Virus record (IMG/VR): IMGVR_UViG_3300036985_001643 | Location: 15,280 to 79,279 of that record | DNA from: a virus | Length of the DNA stretch: 64,000 nt | Reading direction: 5' to 3' (one strand) | Program-made: the position numbers and the translations under genes | The notes under the pieces: model-generated | Told to the model about the DNA's origin: nothing | Database searches by the model: none | Seen by the model: the letters and a program-made list of their open reading frames with translations, nothing else | Shown: positions 48,892-58,583 of the stretch, in pieces | Position numbering within the stretch: position 1 is the stretch's first letter | Layout of the letters: the number at the start of each line of letters is the position of its first letter

Positions 48892-49217
48892 AGTTTTAAT
48901 ATTTCTTCAACCATTGTTTCTATTGTAAGAAATTCTTTTTCTTCTTCTTCCTCTTCGTATTCGTCTAGAGGTTTAAATCTATGTAAAGAAAATGCAGGTT
49001 CTTGTTCTCTGTTTAATAAAGTGATAAACACTGTAGGATTCTTTAGTTCTTTAAGAAGCAATCCAGGTACTATATCATCATTATCTAATAGAGCTCTTAC
49101 TGTATACGTAGTACCTTCTTTAACCCAATAAGGAAAAGTTACATACGTAAAAGATTCTTTACCAGGTTTAACCTTATCGTCTATACAAACTACTTTCTGT
49201 CCTACTCTAACACTCAT
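48888..49217 (-). CDS. Hypothetical phage protein (SH3-like, VGQKVVC..D motif)
   Basis: VGQKVVCIDD...G..YTV...F...RF.PL pattern common in phage small proteins. Confidence 0.55.
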   Translation of the reverse strand: MSVRVGQKVVCIDDKVKPGKESFTYVTFPYWVKEGTTYTVRALLDNDDIVPGLLLKELKNPTVFITLLNREQEPAFSLHRFKPLDEYEEEEEEKEFLTIETMVEEILKL

Positions 49218-49870
49218 AATAATTTCTCTAATATTAATACTTTCTCTACTTTATCGACTAGATCTTTAATATTACTATCATTGATTATAGTATATTTAAA
49301 CCTAGCGACATCTAAAGAACACTCAGAAGGATGTTCAGGTTTAGAATAATCTTTACCGTATAGTAAACCGTCTTTGTCTCTACGTATAACTTGTATCGTA
49401 ATACCTTTTAACTTCTCTACAGCTTTTAACTCATTAGGAAACCTTGTATCCGTAATAATCCAACTATCATCTTTAGTATAACTTTGTACTAGAGAGTTAA
49501 CCCATACGTTAATATGTAAGTGATCTCTCATAGCATTAGTTCCTAAACGTTGTAAAAACTCTCTTACAGTCATTTGTTTACTAAAACCATGTTGGTCTAC
49601 GTAATTCCATATTTCAGGTAGATAAGATTCTTTATAAGTCTGAGACTCTAAATCTTTACGTGTACAACCTAACATTAGACACGCAATGTCTTTTAGTTTA
49701 TCAGCAAACTTCTTGATTTCCCAAGTAGATTCTTCTAATAAAGGTTCTACGTCACCATTATTTATAAAATCTACTATAACCTCTTTAGGATAATCTAGAA
49801 GTAGTAATCTGATAATAGAAGCTGTCAAGTCCTTACCGTGTGAGATTCTTGCTGAAATACTAATAATCAT
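49214..49870 (-). CDS. Deoxynucleoside monophosphate kinase
   Basis: IISISARISHGKD P-loop, FADKLK, REFLQRLGT, IITDTRFPNE, HPSE. Confidence 0.85.
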   Translation of the reverse strand: MIISISARISHGKDLTASIIRLLLLDYPKEVIVDFINNGDVEPLLEESTWEIKKFADKLKDIACLMLGCTRKDLESQTYKESYLPEIWNYVDQHGFSKQMTVREFLQRLGTNAMRDHLHINVWVNSLVQSYTKDDSWIITDTRFPNELKAVEKLKGITIQVIRRDKDGLLYGKDYSKPEHPSECSLDVARFKYTIINDSNIKDLVDKVEKVLILEKLL

Positions 49871-50004
49871 TCTTCTTCTCTAATATCGATTAAAGTTCCT
49901 GCTATAAAATCCTTAACAGCTTTTTCTATAGAAACAGCTTCTACAGCTATCCATTCTTTATCCTCTCTTCCGTGAGGTACATAAGTTACTATAAACGTTT
50001 TCAT
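49867..50004 (-). CDS. Small hypothetical protein (45 aa), not in the ORF track
   Basis: MKTFIVTYVPHGREDKEWIAVEAVSIEKAVKDFIAGTLIDIREEE*; ATGA overlaps at both ends. Confidence 0.65.
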   Translation of the reverse strand: MKTFIVTYVPHGREDKEWIAVEAVSIEKAVKDFIAGTLIDIREEE

Positions 50005-50453
50005 AATTGTGGTTGTTTAAATTTGTGTGACTTTAATACTTTGTTCGTATCTGCGTTATAAGTTATATATAACCCATTAACAAATCGACTATACGTTGTT
50101 ATACCTTTTGCCAAGTAAGTTTCGTGAGTGATAACAGTGTCTTCCAACGTAGTATCTGCTTTAGACATATTACTTTCATAGATTGCATTGATAGTACTTT
50201 CTGGATCAATACCTAATTCCATCATTGCTCTAATAGTAACCCATAGTAAATCTCCTAAACCATCTTTTGCTTCTGTGAAGTCGTTTTCTGCACAAGCTAA
50301 GTATGTTTCTTTGTACTCCTCTTCTATTAATGCAAGAGCTAATGTAACTCTTTCTCTAGCAGGAAATCCTTCTTCTTTCTTAATTGGTAACCCAAAGGTA
50401 TCACTCCAATGTGCTATTTTCTCTATCATCATATATTTGTTTTTCTGTTTCAC
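50001..50453 (-). CDS. MazG-like nucleotide pyrophosphohydrolase
   Basis: LIEEEYKE, DGLGDLLWV, ESNMSK, KVLK motifs; true start probably 50432. Confidence 0.8.
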   Translation of the reverse strand: MKQKNKYMMIEKIAHWSDTFGLPIKKEEGFPARERVTLALALIEEEYKETYLACAENDFTEAKDGLGDLLWVTIRAMMELGIDPESTINAIYESNMSKADTTLEDTVITHETYLAKGITTYSRFVNGLYITYNADTNKVLKSHKFKQPQL

Positions 50454-50724
50454 TTAAACTTTTGTAACTATAACTAGGTGTAGTTAAAGCTTCTTGTTCT
50501 GTACAATAGGCTACATTCTTATGTCCTATATTAGCATTGCTACCATCTTTTTTAAAACTTAATTGCTCTAATAAGTCTGAGTATCTATTACCTATTGCAG
50601 TAGCACTTACATTAAACATCTTAGCTACCTGATACAAAGGTACTCCATCTATTAAACACTGTCTTAAATCTAGTTTTTGCTTTCTGTTAAGGTCCTTATA
50701 CCAATCTGACTTATTTTCTACCAT
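50401..50724 (-). CDS. Helix-turn-helix DNA-binding protein
   Basis: GVPLYQVAKMFNVSATAI HTH. Confidence 0.6.
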   Translation of the reverse strand: MVENKSDWYKDLNRKQKLDLRQCLIDGVPLYQVAKMFNVSATAIGNRYSDLLEQLSFKKDGSNANIGHKNVAYCTEQEALTTPSYSYKSLSETEKQIYDDRENSTLE

Positions 50725-51395
50725 CTAAACTTATCTTTACCTATACTCTTTCTATATTGGTCAATTTGTTCAAAATTTGGACATTCCCAATTACGGTATT
50801 CGCTATTAGCCTTCATCGGATGTTCCCAACTAAACACAGGGTGATCTTGGGACAATAATTCACTGTACACTTGTGCTTCTTTACCCCATAGGACTATTGG
50901 TGTCTCTGGTTTATACTTAAGTATGTTATACACAACTGATCCAAAAAATTGTTTCCATAAATCTCTGTGACTTCTAGGTTCTCCTACTCTACATGTCAAG
51001 CTACGATTAAGGAGTAACACTCCTCTTTCTGCCCATTCTACCATAGTAGTATCAAAATCTAATAGTAACGTTTTGTTTTGTCTTTCCAAACAGTTTCTAA
51101 TTTGACACACAGCAGGATTCATTGCTGTAAACATTATATCGGAGTAGGCCAATGGACCTACTCCCGATAATGTATTTGGCTCTGTGCCAATAATTACAAT
51201 TTGTAATTTCTCCCACGGACATAACCTTAACGCATCAAACACTGTACTTTGATTATAAGGCATTACCTTATTCATAGCGTATTCCATTGCTAGTTTGTCC
51301 ATTAAGGAATCCATTGAAGGATCTTTTAATAAAGGTCTAAGCTGCATAGCCCAACCTTCTCCTAGGGTTTTTACCCAATACTCTCTACCTCTCAT
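50718..51395 (-). CDS. ung: Uracil-DNA glycosylase, family-1-like, with divergent catalytic motifs
   Basis: IVIIGTEP (cf. GQDP), WAERGVLLLNRSLT, SH...W, LWGKEAQ, EHP. Confidence 0.8.
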   Translation of the reverse strand: MRGREYWVKTLGEGWAMQLRPLLKDPSMDSLMDKLAMEYAMNKVMPYNQSTVFDALRLCPWEKLQIVIIGTEPNTLSGVGPLAYSDIMFTAMNPAVCQIRNCLERQNKTLLLDFDTTMVEWAERGVLLLNRSLTCRVGEPRSHRDLWKQFFGSVVYNILKYKPETPIVLWGKEAQVYSELLSQDHPVFSWEHPMKANSEYRNWECPNFEQIDQYRKSIGKDKFRW

Positions 51396-51404
51396 ATTTA
51401 ACGA

Positions 51405-51435
51405 AATAAAAAAAGGAGAGTTTAAAACTCTCCTT
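51405..51435 (-). terminator. Intrinsic terminator overlapping the stop of 51422..52045
   Basis: AAGGAGAGTT-TTA-AACTCTCCTT followed by a U-run on the - strand. Confidence 0.7.
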
Positions 51436-52045
51436 GTGGTTGTAAAACTTTCTTCTTTAGAAGTGAGTCTAAAACTTTTTCGTTTAACTCCTCCTTGTTT
51501 AAATTAAGTATCGGCCATACTTCTTGGTCTTTTAAATCTACCTCTGAACCTGGGTTAGATAATCGCTCTTCCCAGCTGTCTTTTAGCACTGATGACTTAT
51601 TTAATATTAAAGGAAGGGTAAAAGGTTTTCCTGTATAAAAGTTATTTCCTAAGATTGCTTTTTTAGCCTCTTGAGATACTTCAGAATACTTACCGTTATA
51701 AATAAGGTTATAGTCTTCTAGGTTCTCTTCAGGAACTCTGAATATAATTACTAGACAATCACCTTTATCGTAATCGTCTACATAATTAGGGAAAGCTGTT
51801 ATAGTAGAATAAAAAGTTCCAAAATCAACATCTTGATAATTCTCTAATACTAAAAATACATACTTGTTCTCATCGTCATTCACATATTTAGAAATAGTAG
51901 TGTCTGAACAATAAGCGTTAATAAATCTATTCGTGTATTTCAAGCGTCCCCACGGATCTTTAATACTACACTCGAACATAGATTTTGGTACATTTAGTAA
52001 AGGGAATAAAAAAGTAGCTGTTTTTGTGAATTTTTTTCTACTCAT
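51422..52045 (-). CDS. Hypothetical protein of the replication module
   Basis: 207 aa; FLFPLL and GKYSE.S motifs. Confidence 0.55.
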   Translation of the reverse strand: MSRKKFTKTATFLFPLLNVPKSMFECSIKDPWGRLKYTNRFINAYCSDTTISKYVNDDENKYVFLVLENYQDVDFGTFYSTITAFPNYVDDYDKGDCLVIIFRVPEENLEDYNLIYNGKYSEVSQEAKKAILGNNFYTGKPFTLPLILNKSSVLKDSWEERLSNPGSEVDLKDQEVWPILNLNKEELNEKVLDSLLKKKVLQPQGEF

Positions 52046-53064
52046 AGTTCAAGTTTTAGTCGTCCTTTTTGTTTATAATATTCCATCGGATATAACCAAG
52101 CATCGTTCTCTTGAGCATATTGTAATCTCTCAATAGCTTGCTTAAAACCTTCGTACTTAAGACCTCTAGAAGTTTCTCCTCCTTCGTAACCCAACTTAAT
52201 TAAGTCTTGAGTTACTTCAAATACCATCGGATTACTTCTTAAGTCTTTTTCCACTACAATATACAAAAAGTTTTCTATATGATAACCATCTCTCAACAAA
52301 GTTATTACAGTAGGATGTTCATACAAACCTTTTTCATAAGTAGCTGCTTGGAAATCATACCTGTATGTTAAAAACTCATAAGGAAACGATAAGATAGGTT
52401 TACCACTAGTCTTGAAGTCAATAGGAATAATCTTTTTAGTGTTGTGGTTTATTACTACTCTATCTAATTCTCCCTTGATTTGTACACCTTCATAATCAAA
52501 CTCTATGATAAACTTATCCCAAAACTCTACATTAGGTTGACCTTTAGCTACTACATATTGTTTTGTGTATTCGTCAGATTTTAAAGACATTACACAGTTT
52601 AATGCTTTAGCATATTCACTTTCTGTAATTGGTGTTTTACCTGCAATAGATTTTAGTAAATCAAAATATTCACTACCTTCTTTAATAATTTTATCAATTC
52701 TAGTATCATCTTTCCAATTACCTTGATAATTGTTATAGTTACAAGCGTCTAAAATATCTTCTCTATAACTTTCTAAAGGACAATCTATTGTTTCTGTTTG
52801 AAATACTACACCTGCTACAATATCTATTATTGCTTTTACTGCTTCACTACATTTTGTTTCATCAGGTATTTTAACAAACTTTTCATCAAACTCGTCTTTA
52901 CTACCTGTCAACATTATATCTACTACTGTTCCAAATATAAAGTGATCAGCTACTACTTCTTCTTTTTCTTGTTGTCTTTTCTTCGCTTCTAAATAAGCTT
53001 GAGGACTAGTTAATATCCTCTTTAGGCAACTTTGGTTTTCTTTGTCTATTTCTTGATAACCCAT
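52042..53064 (-). CDS. PD-(D/E)XK exonuclease (RecE/ExoVIII/DUF3799-like)
   Basis: FGTVVD, KGELDRV...IDFKT, YRYDFQAATY. Confidence 0.8.
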   Translation of the reverse strand: MGYQEIDKENQSCLKRILTSPQAYLEAKKRQQEKEEVVADHFIFGTVVDIMLTGSKDEFDEKFVKIPDETKCSEAVKAIIDIVAGVVFQTETIDCPLESYREDILDACNYNNYQGNWKDDTRIDKIIKEGSEYFDLLKSIAGKTPITESEYAKALNCVMSLKSDEYTKQYVVAKGQPNVEFWDKFIIEFDYEGVQIKGELDRVVINHNTKKIIPIDFKTSGKPILSFPYEFLTYRYDFQAATYEKGLYEHPTVITLLRDGYHIENFLYIVVEKDLRSNPMVFEVTQDLIKLGYEGGETSRGLKYEGFKQAIERLQYAQENDAWLYPMEYYKQKGRLKLEL

Positions 53065-53557
53065 TCTTTTTAATAGTTTTTAATTCGTATACTAATTTAC
53101 GTTCGTCCAATGTTTCTACCGGAATAAATTCATAGGTTGTTTTTTGTATGTATTTTACAGTATCGTCAGGTAATATACCTTTATTAATAACTACATCATC
53201 CATACACTTTAACCACACCATTGCTAAATTACTAATATCCCAATTTGGTACATAGTCTTTAGCTGCTGGTTTCCATTGTATCTTTCTTCTACCAGTCGTT
53301 CTATCTACCACCATTTTAACGCTTCCAAAATTAATAGGAGCATATACTTTAATATGTGTTTCTATCGGACCTTCAATAGTAAGATTATCGGGAATATGAT
53401 CGCTAATATACCCATGCATGGCTGCTACTAGAGCAGCCCTTGCAGAGTAATGCATTCCTGTGTGAATCTTATTGTAACCTATTTTAATAAAAGTTTTTTT
53501 ATTCTGTGGAATATGAGTGATAAAACGAGGAAACTCTAATGTTAACTCTGTTACCAT
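53006..53557 (-). CDS. RusA-like Holliday junction resolvase
   Basis: WDISNL..W.K...D.....GILPDDTVKYI. Confidence 0.7.
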   Translation of the reverse strand: MVTELTLEFPRFITHIPQNKKTFIKIGYNKIHTGMHYSARAALVAAMHGYISDHIPDNLTIEGPIETHIKVYAPINFGSVKMVVDRTTGRRKIQWKPAAKDYVPNWDISNLAMVWLKCMDDVVINKGILPDDTVKYIQKTTYEFIPVETLDERKLVYELKTIKKNGLSRNRQRKPKLPKEDIN

Positions 53558-54837
53558 TATACACGTCTTATACGGTTGTTGACAATAATTGTCATCTCTT
53601 CCAAACTACCTTTTAAACCTGTAAGTGCTTGTCTTAGAGAAGATAAAGATAATTCTTTAGGTAATACTTCATGCTCTTTCAACGACTCTAAAGAACTATT
53701 AGACAACAATCGTTCTAATTCTTCTTGTGATTGTGTAACATAATCGATATCTAACGTTTTAACATCAACAGGTTTAATATAACCTTCTTCGTTATACTCT
53801 GCTAAAGCAATAGGTAGATACTCTATACAACGCATTTTACCGTAATCTTCATAAGGTACACTAACAGCATTCATCGGATTAACCAATACTACTAAACCTA
53901 CCGAACCAAAGTAATCTTTTCTTAACCAACTTGCGTTACCTACATGCAAACCTTTAGAACAAGTACGTTCAGGATTAGCATCAGCATCTTTTCTATCTAG
54001 TTTTACTGGTGTTCCAATACTAATCTCGGTAGTACCTGAATAAGCATCAGTGTATACTGTTCTTTCCGTAGAAGTTTTTAATTCGTGATAAAGAACTTCT
54101 AAGTTTCCTAAATAGTTAATCTCTGGAAAATCGTCTTCTAAATCACTAATTTCTCCCCAATTGTTAATAAATTTCTCAATCTTTTTAACATTGTACTCTT
54201 GATCATCGTAGTGATAGTAAACACAATAGTCTTCTGGGTTTTTACCTTTTAGTTTTTTAGATAACCACGCTGCAGCTACTATATCATTTTGTTCTTTAGA
54301 ACCTGCAAACTTAACGTTAGCATTTCTATAAGCTACAAAACAACCACTTTGAGTAAGAGTTAAACCGTTACGTTGGATAAACCCAAATAAGTCTTCTCTA
54401 CAACGAGGATCAGGATTTAAAGCACATAATCTCCAAAAGTTCATCATTGCTGTTAAATCTTCTTGATCTTCTCTTCTTACAGCAAATTCTTTAGCTAAGA
54501 ACTCAGGTACAGTGATGTTGATACCTTTCATATACAGTTTAAAACCGTCTACTTCAAAGTGTTCGTCACCTAAGTTTTTGATATTTTCCATCCACTCTAT
54601 TAGTGTTTGGTTATCTTGTAACTCTTCTTCTTGTCTTTCTAGTTCTAACTCTAATTGATTCTTTGGTGGAATCATCATAGCTACTAATTCTGCTACTTCT
54701 TCTTCGTTACTATCGTCAGTTTGTAACGCTTGATCGTATAAGTCTAGAATTTCTTCTGTACTCTCACAAGTCTTTTTATACATTTTCCCATGGATGTTAC
54801 AGATTACTGTGTTACCCACTCTCATTGCTTTAATCAT
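53557..54837 (-). CDS. rIIB: rIIB-like protein
   Basis: LFGF, G.FVAYR, CSKGLHVG, V.VNP...VSVP.D..KMRC..Y. Confidence 0.85.
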   Translation of the reverse strand: MIKAMRVGNTVICNIHGKMYKKTCESTEEILDLYDQALQTDDSNEEEVAELVAMMIPPKNQLELELERQEEELQDNQTLIEWMENIKNLGDEHFEVDGFKLYMKGINITVPEFLAKEFAVRREDQEDLTAMMNFWRLCALNPDPRCREDLFGFIQRNGLTLTQSGCFVAYRNANVKFAGSKEQNDIVAAAWLSKKLKGKNPEDYCVYYHYDDQEYNVKKIEKFINNWGEISDLEDDFPEINYLGNLEVLYHELKTSTERTVYTDAYSGTTEISIGTPVKLDRKDADANPERTCSKGLHVGNASWLRKDYFGSVGLVVLVNPMNAVSVPYEDYGKMRCIEYLPIALAEYNEEGYIKPVDVKTLDIDYVTQSQEELERLLSNSSLESLKEHEVLPKELSLSSLRQALTGLKGSLEEMTIIVNNRIRRV

Positions 54838-55091
54838 ACTAAATTTGCTTTTGTTAAATTTATAAATCTTTTTGAAGGATAATAAGGATCGTTCATTTGT
54901 ACTCTTAATACAGCGTCTACGTAACCCCTAGCTTTACTATCCCATCGTTTATGAGTAATATACAATGCTTTAGGAGTTATTCTAATAACAACATGTTGTT
55001 TAAGATTTGTATAGTCCAACATTCCAGGCATACTCCTTAATATTGTATCTCCTACTTCAATAGGTTTGTCAAAATAATCTAAATGATTCAT
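54834..55091 (-). CDS. Hypothetical protein between rIIA and rIIB
   Basis: 85 aa, D...KPIEVGD N-terminus, ATGA overlaps. Confidence 0.55.
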   Translation of the reverse strand: MNHLDYFDKPIEVGDTILRSMPGMLDYTNLKQHVVIRITPKALYITHKRWDSKARGYVDAVLRVQMNDPYYPSKRFINLTKANLV

Positions 55092-57523
55092 ACTAATAAG
55101 TTTTCGATTTCTTTTACAACTTGCTGTTTCTCAACAGCTTTAGACTTTTTTATTACTCCATACTTCTCTCTAAAGTACATTTTCCAATGTACGGAAAGAG
55201 GAACTTTAGGAAAGTTAGGATTAACCAATGCTTGAGTATAACAATAATCAGCAACTACTTCTATCAAAGGATTAAAATCACCACTACGGTTGTGTTCAAT
55301 CTTTGAGTAATTAAATAAATCTAATACCTTAAGACTTTTAAAACAAGATATTAACTCTGTTAAGTCAGCTTCTAGTTCTAAATCCCAAAAGTTATTATTT
55401 TCAGCTAATTTGTAACAAATATCAGTAAAGAAGTTTTTACTACCTGACCAACGAGAATCTAACGATACTAATTCGTTAATGTTTTTTACAATACCTATAC
55501 GTTTAGTAATAATTTTATACAACGTAGGACTAAACCCTTGAATAGTATTTAATTTGTTACCTTCTTTTATTGTTTTACTAATAAAATCTATCTCTTTTTT
55601 ATAGCTTTTATACACTTTAAGGGCACTCATAATACTCTTAAACTCTTGATTATCACCTTTCATAAAACCTTCTTTTGTTAATGCATTTTTGAAATTAATC
55701 TTTTTAAGATTTGTAGGAGCTATTTCTAAATGCTGTAAATGCTTACCAAATAACATTTGAAAAGCAACACAAATTCTTGATAAGTCTGTACGATCATTTT
55801 CTGTACCTACTACTGTTAAAGTGTTTATATCTTCTAAATCAGCAATAGTCTTTTTAGCAGTATTATTATTACCTGTTGGATACCAACTAGCTGTAGACCA
55901 ACTATAATACTTAACGTTTACTACAGAGTTATCTCTTACCCCTCTTACTTTCTTAATAGAATCTAAATACTCTTGAGTAATTACTTCTTTATCATAAGAA
56001 ATAGTATTAGCAATAACGCATTTTTGTAGTTCTTTTTGAAAAGCTGTAATTTGGGATCTCCAAGTATCTTTAGGTGTTTTCTTAAGATTTAACTGTGAAA
56101 TATAAGTTTTTAAAGAAACAAACTTTTTCTTACGAATAAAGTATAACGTATTAATCTTGTATTTTTGCTGTAAGAATCTACTCTTTTTAGCATCAGTGTC
56201 TTCTTTAACTCTAAATATACCTCTAAAAGATTGTAGGGCTCCATCTATTAAATAAGTTCCTGGATCATAGTTAGCTGCTTGAAATCTTTCTGTAAAGTGT
56301 CCTGCAACTGTATACTCAAAGAAACAATTACTAAATCTATAAGGAAGATTTTTAGAAGGTAAATTAGCATCTTTAAAAGGTTTGTAGTAATAACCATTAT
56401 CTGTAAATCCTAAATTACCTAAATTAAATACAATACTACCGTTATCAAACTTTAAACAAGGTACTTCGTCTCTTACTTCGTAAAAATCTTTTAAGTTTGT
56501 GTATTCTTTAGGTACACTATTCCAACGATCTTCCAACTCTTGTTTAAACTCTGCAAGTTTTTTGTGGATAGCTTCTTTAGTTTTAGGAGTATACTTAACA
56601 TCCTCTCTTGTTTGGATAATATCTAACTCTCCAATACCAAATTGTAAAGCACAAGGAAAGTATATAGGAGTTAATTCTAAGATTTTCCAATCAATAGGAT
56701 AAGCTACTTTACCAATACACATGTGTAACTCTGCCCAAGGTGTTTCACCTGTTGTAGTTATCCAAGTATCACCTTTAATAATCTCGAAATCGTTTCTAAT
56801 ATTACATCCATCAGAGAAGAATACATTGTCAAAATAAGCTAACTGTACTCTACATTCCTTTTGGAAAGGATAAATATCGTTAGAGTTTTCTAAATAGATT
56901 TTAATTTGAGTACCGTTTCTTTCTGTTGTAGGAGTAGCATCTTCGATAATGTCTAATCTAGGTCCGTTCTCTCCCTTACGTAACATGTACAAGTACTCTA
57001 AACCATTGTATCTTGTTCTAATAAAGAAAGCATCTGAGTAACTTAATCCTGACTTTGAACCTAATCCGAAAGCACCTATTGCATTGTTACTTAACTCTTT
57101 AGTAGATTTTAAGTAACTAACAAATACATCTTTTACTCTATCTGGAGATAGACCTATACCAAAGTCTTCTGTTGACCAATACCAACCTGCTTCGTCCTTT
57201 GCAATTGATACAGTAACTGCATCATCATTGAAAAACGCTAGGTATTTTTTTAAGATTAATAAGTCAGCATCAGAAGTAGTAGCATAGATGGAGAACTCTT
57301 TACGTATTGCCTCGAGTGTATTTTCTTTAATAAATTTAGCTTCTGCGTGAGAATCAAAACTATTAGAAACATATTCTCTTACTACTGCTCCAATATTATT
57401 CTTGTAGGGATTTTGTAACATGTCCCAAAGTTTATGCATGTCTGAGCTACTAATAGTAGCATCAAAACCATCGAAGTCTGCATTAGAACTAAAGTCTATT
57501 TGTTTCTTGGTTTCTAATTTCAT
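55088..57523 (-). CDS. rIIA: rIIA-like protein (N-terminal GHKL/HSP90-like ATPase)
   Basis: YKNNIGAVVREYVSNSFDSH, DFGIGLS, STK..SN..IGAFGLGSKS, NGT.I, IGELDI..TRE. Confidence 0.85.
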   Translation of the reverse strand: MKLETKKQIDFSSNADFDGFDATISSSDMHKLWDMLQNPYKNNIGAVVREYVSNSFDSHAEAKFIKENTLEAIRKEFSIYATTSDADLLILKKYLAFFNDDAVTVSIAKDEAGWYWSTEDFGIGLSPDRVKDVFVSYLKSTKELSNNAIGAFGLGSKSGLSYSDAFFIRTRYNGLEYLYMLRKGENGPRLDIIEDATPTTERNGTQIKIYLENSNDIYPFQKECRVQLAYFDNVFFSDGCNIRNDFEIIKGDTWITTTGETPWAELHMCIGKVAYPIDWKILELTPIYFPCALQFGIGELDIIQTREDVKYTPKTKEAIHKKLAEFKQELEDRWNSVPKEYTNLKDFYEVRDEVPCLKFDNGSIVFNLGNLGFTDNGYYYKPFKDANLPSKNLPYRFSNCFFEYTVAGHFTERFQAANYDPGTYLIDGALQSFRGIFRVKEDTDAKKSRFLQQKYKINTLYFIRKKKFVSLKTYISQLNLKKTPKDTWRSQITAFQKELQKCVIANTISYDKEVITQEYLDSIKKVRGVRDNSVVNVKYYSWSTASWYPTGNNNTAKKTIADLEDINTLTVVGTENDRTDLSRICVAFQMLFGKHLQHLEIAPTNLKKINFKNALTKEGFMKGDNQEFKSIMSALKVYKSYKKEIDFISKTIKEGNKLNTIQGFSPTLYKIITKRIGIVKNINELVSLDSRWSGSKNFFTDICYKLAENNNFWDLELEADLTELISCFKSLKVLDLFNYSKIEHNRSGDFNPLIEVVADYCYTQALVNPNFPKVPLSVHWKMYFREKYGVIKKSKAVEKQQVVKEIENLLV

Positions 57524-57526
57524 TGT

Positions 57527-58525
57527 TTAATGAATAAATTGTTTAACAATTTGTATCGCATCTTCTTTACCTATACCTTTAACTAGGTCACTAAAGTCAG
57601 TGACATTGGGTAATTCTGGTACAAAGAAGTGTGGTACATCATACTTTTCTGTAAAACTTACAGAAAGTTTTTTACCTGCTTGATCATTATCGAACAAACA
57701 TATTACTTTATTGAATCGTGATTTATACTCGTCCATTACTGAGTCTTTCATCATTACTGATTCTGATTGTAGGCCAATAGCACTTACACCTAAACAATCG
57801 TGTAAACTCATTACGTCCTTTAAAGACTTAGTTATAATCAATAACCATCCTTTAGGAGGCAGTTGTGTATAACCTTGATGCACACTATAGTTAGCATTAT
57901 TGATCCACTTACGCTGTTTAGCCTCATACGGTTGATATATCTTATAACTAATAACACCGTCTTTATCTTCTACATAGCAATAAGCATAATCATGAACCTT
58001 TACTGCCACATCATTATAAAACACATGGCTTATAGGATAGACTCTAAACTTTTCTAAAGTAGCTTTGGTAATACCAAAAGCTGTCCAATATTCTCTATCT
58101 CTTAAAAACCAAGGTCTTAATTTGATTCCCAATTCTACTTTTTCTTTAGTTACTATACGAGTGTAATTAACAGTAGCTTTTTGTAAATCTACGTTTAACG
58201 ATGATAGTCCTAAATCAAAAGCTATCTTTTTAAGAGCTTCTGGATAATTAACATTAAACATCTTCATTACCAATACTACAAAGTCACCTGTATCGTTAGT
58301 AGCAAAATCTCTAAACATTATAACGTTTCGTTCATCTCTGTGAAAGTATAAGGCAAAAGAAGGAATATTGTCATCTCTTAAAGGACTATGGAATACACCT
58401 AGATTACTTGCATCATCTTTAAGGTAATAAGAAAACACATCTTCTTGAGTAACGTGTTTAAGTATATCTTCTTTGGTTATTAAACCATTATAAGTAATTG
58501 AATTAAGATTTATAAGTTCTCCCAT
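57527..58525 (-). CDS. dnaG: DNA primase (DnaG/TOPRIM, crAss type)
   Basis: SPLRDDNIPSF, KIYQP, IITKSLKDVM, QSE, LFDNDQAG, DFSD; start placed at ATG 58525, downstream of the hairpin. Confidence 0.8.
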   Translation of the reverse strand: MGELINLNSITYNGLITKEDILKHVTQEDVFSYYLKDDASNLGVFHSPLRDDNIPSFALYFHRDERNVIMFRDFATNDTGDFVVLVMKMFNVNYPEALKKIAFDLGLSSLNVDLQKATVNYTRIVTKEKVELGIKLRPWFLRDREYWTAFGITKATLEKFRVYPISHVFYNDVAVKVHDYAYCYVEDKDGVISYKIYQPYEAKQRKWINNANYSVHQGYTQLPPKGWLLIITKSLKDVMSLHDCLGVSAIGLQSESVMMKDSVMDEYKSRFNKVICLFDNDQAGKKLSVSFTEKYDVPHFFVPELPNVTDFSDLVKGIGKEDAIQIVKQFIH

Positions 58526-58529
58526 AAGG

Positions 58530-58563
58530 TTAAAATAAGAGAGCCTCATTAGTGAGACTCTCT
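58530..58563 (-). terminator. Hairpin/terminator between the SSB-like gene and primase
   Basis: - strand AGAGAGTCTCA-CTAA-TGAGGCTCTCT (one G-U pair) followed by TATTTT. Confidence 0.6.
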
Positions 58564-58583
58564 GTAAAATTAGCAATTATATA

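Noticed and set aside
58526-58576. ORF-track N-terminal extension of the primase
   Set aside because: Runs through a terminator-like hairpin; ATG at 58525 is the more plausible start
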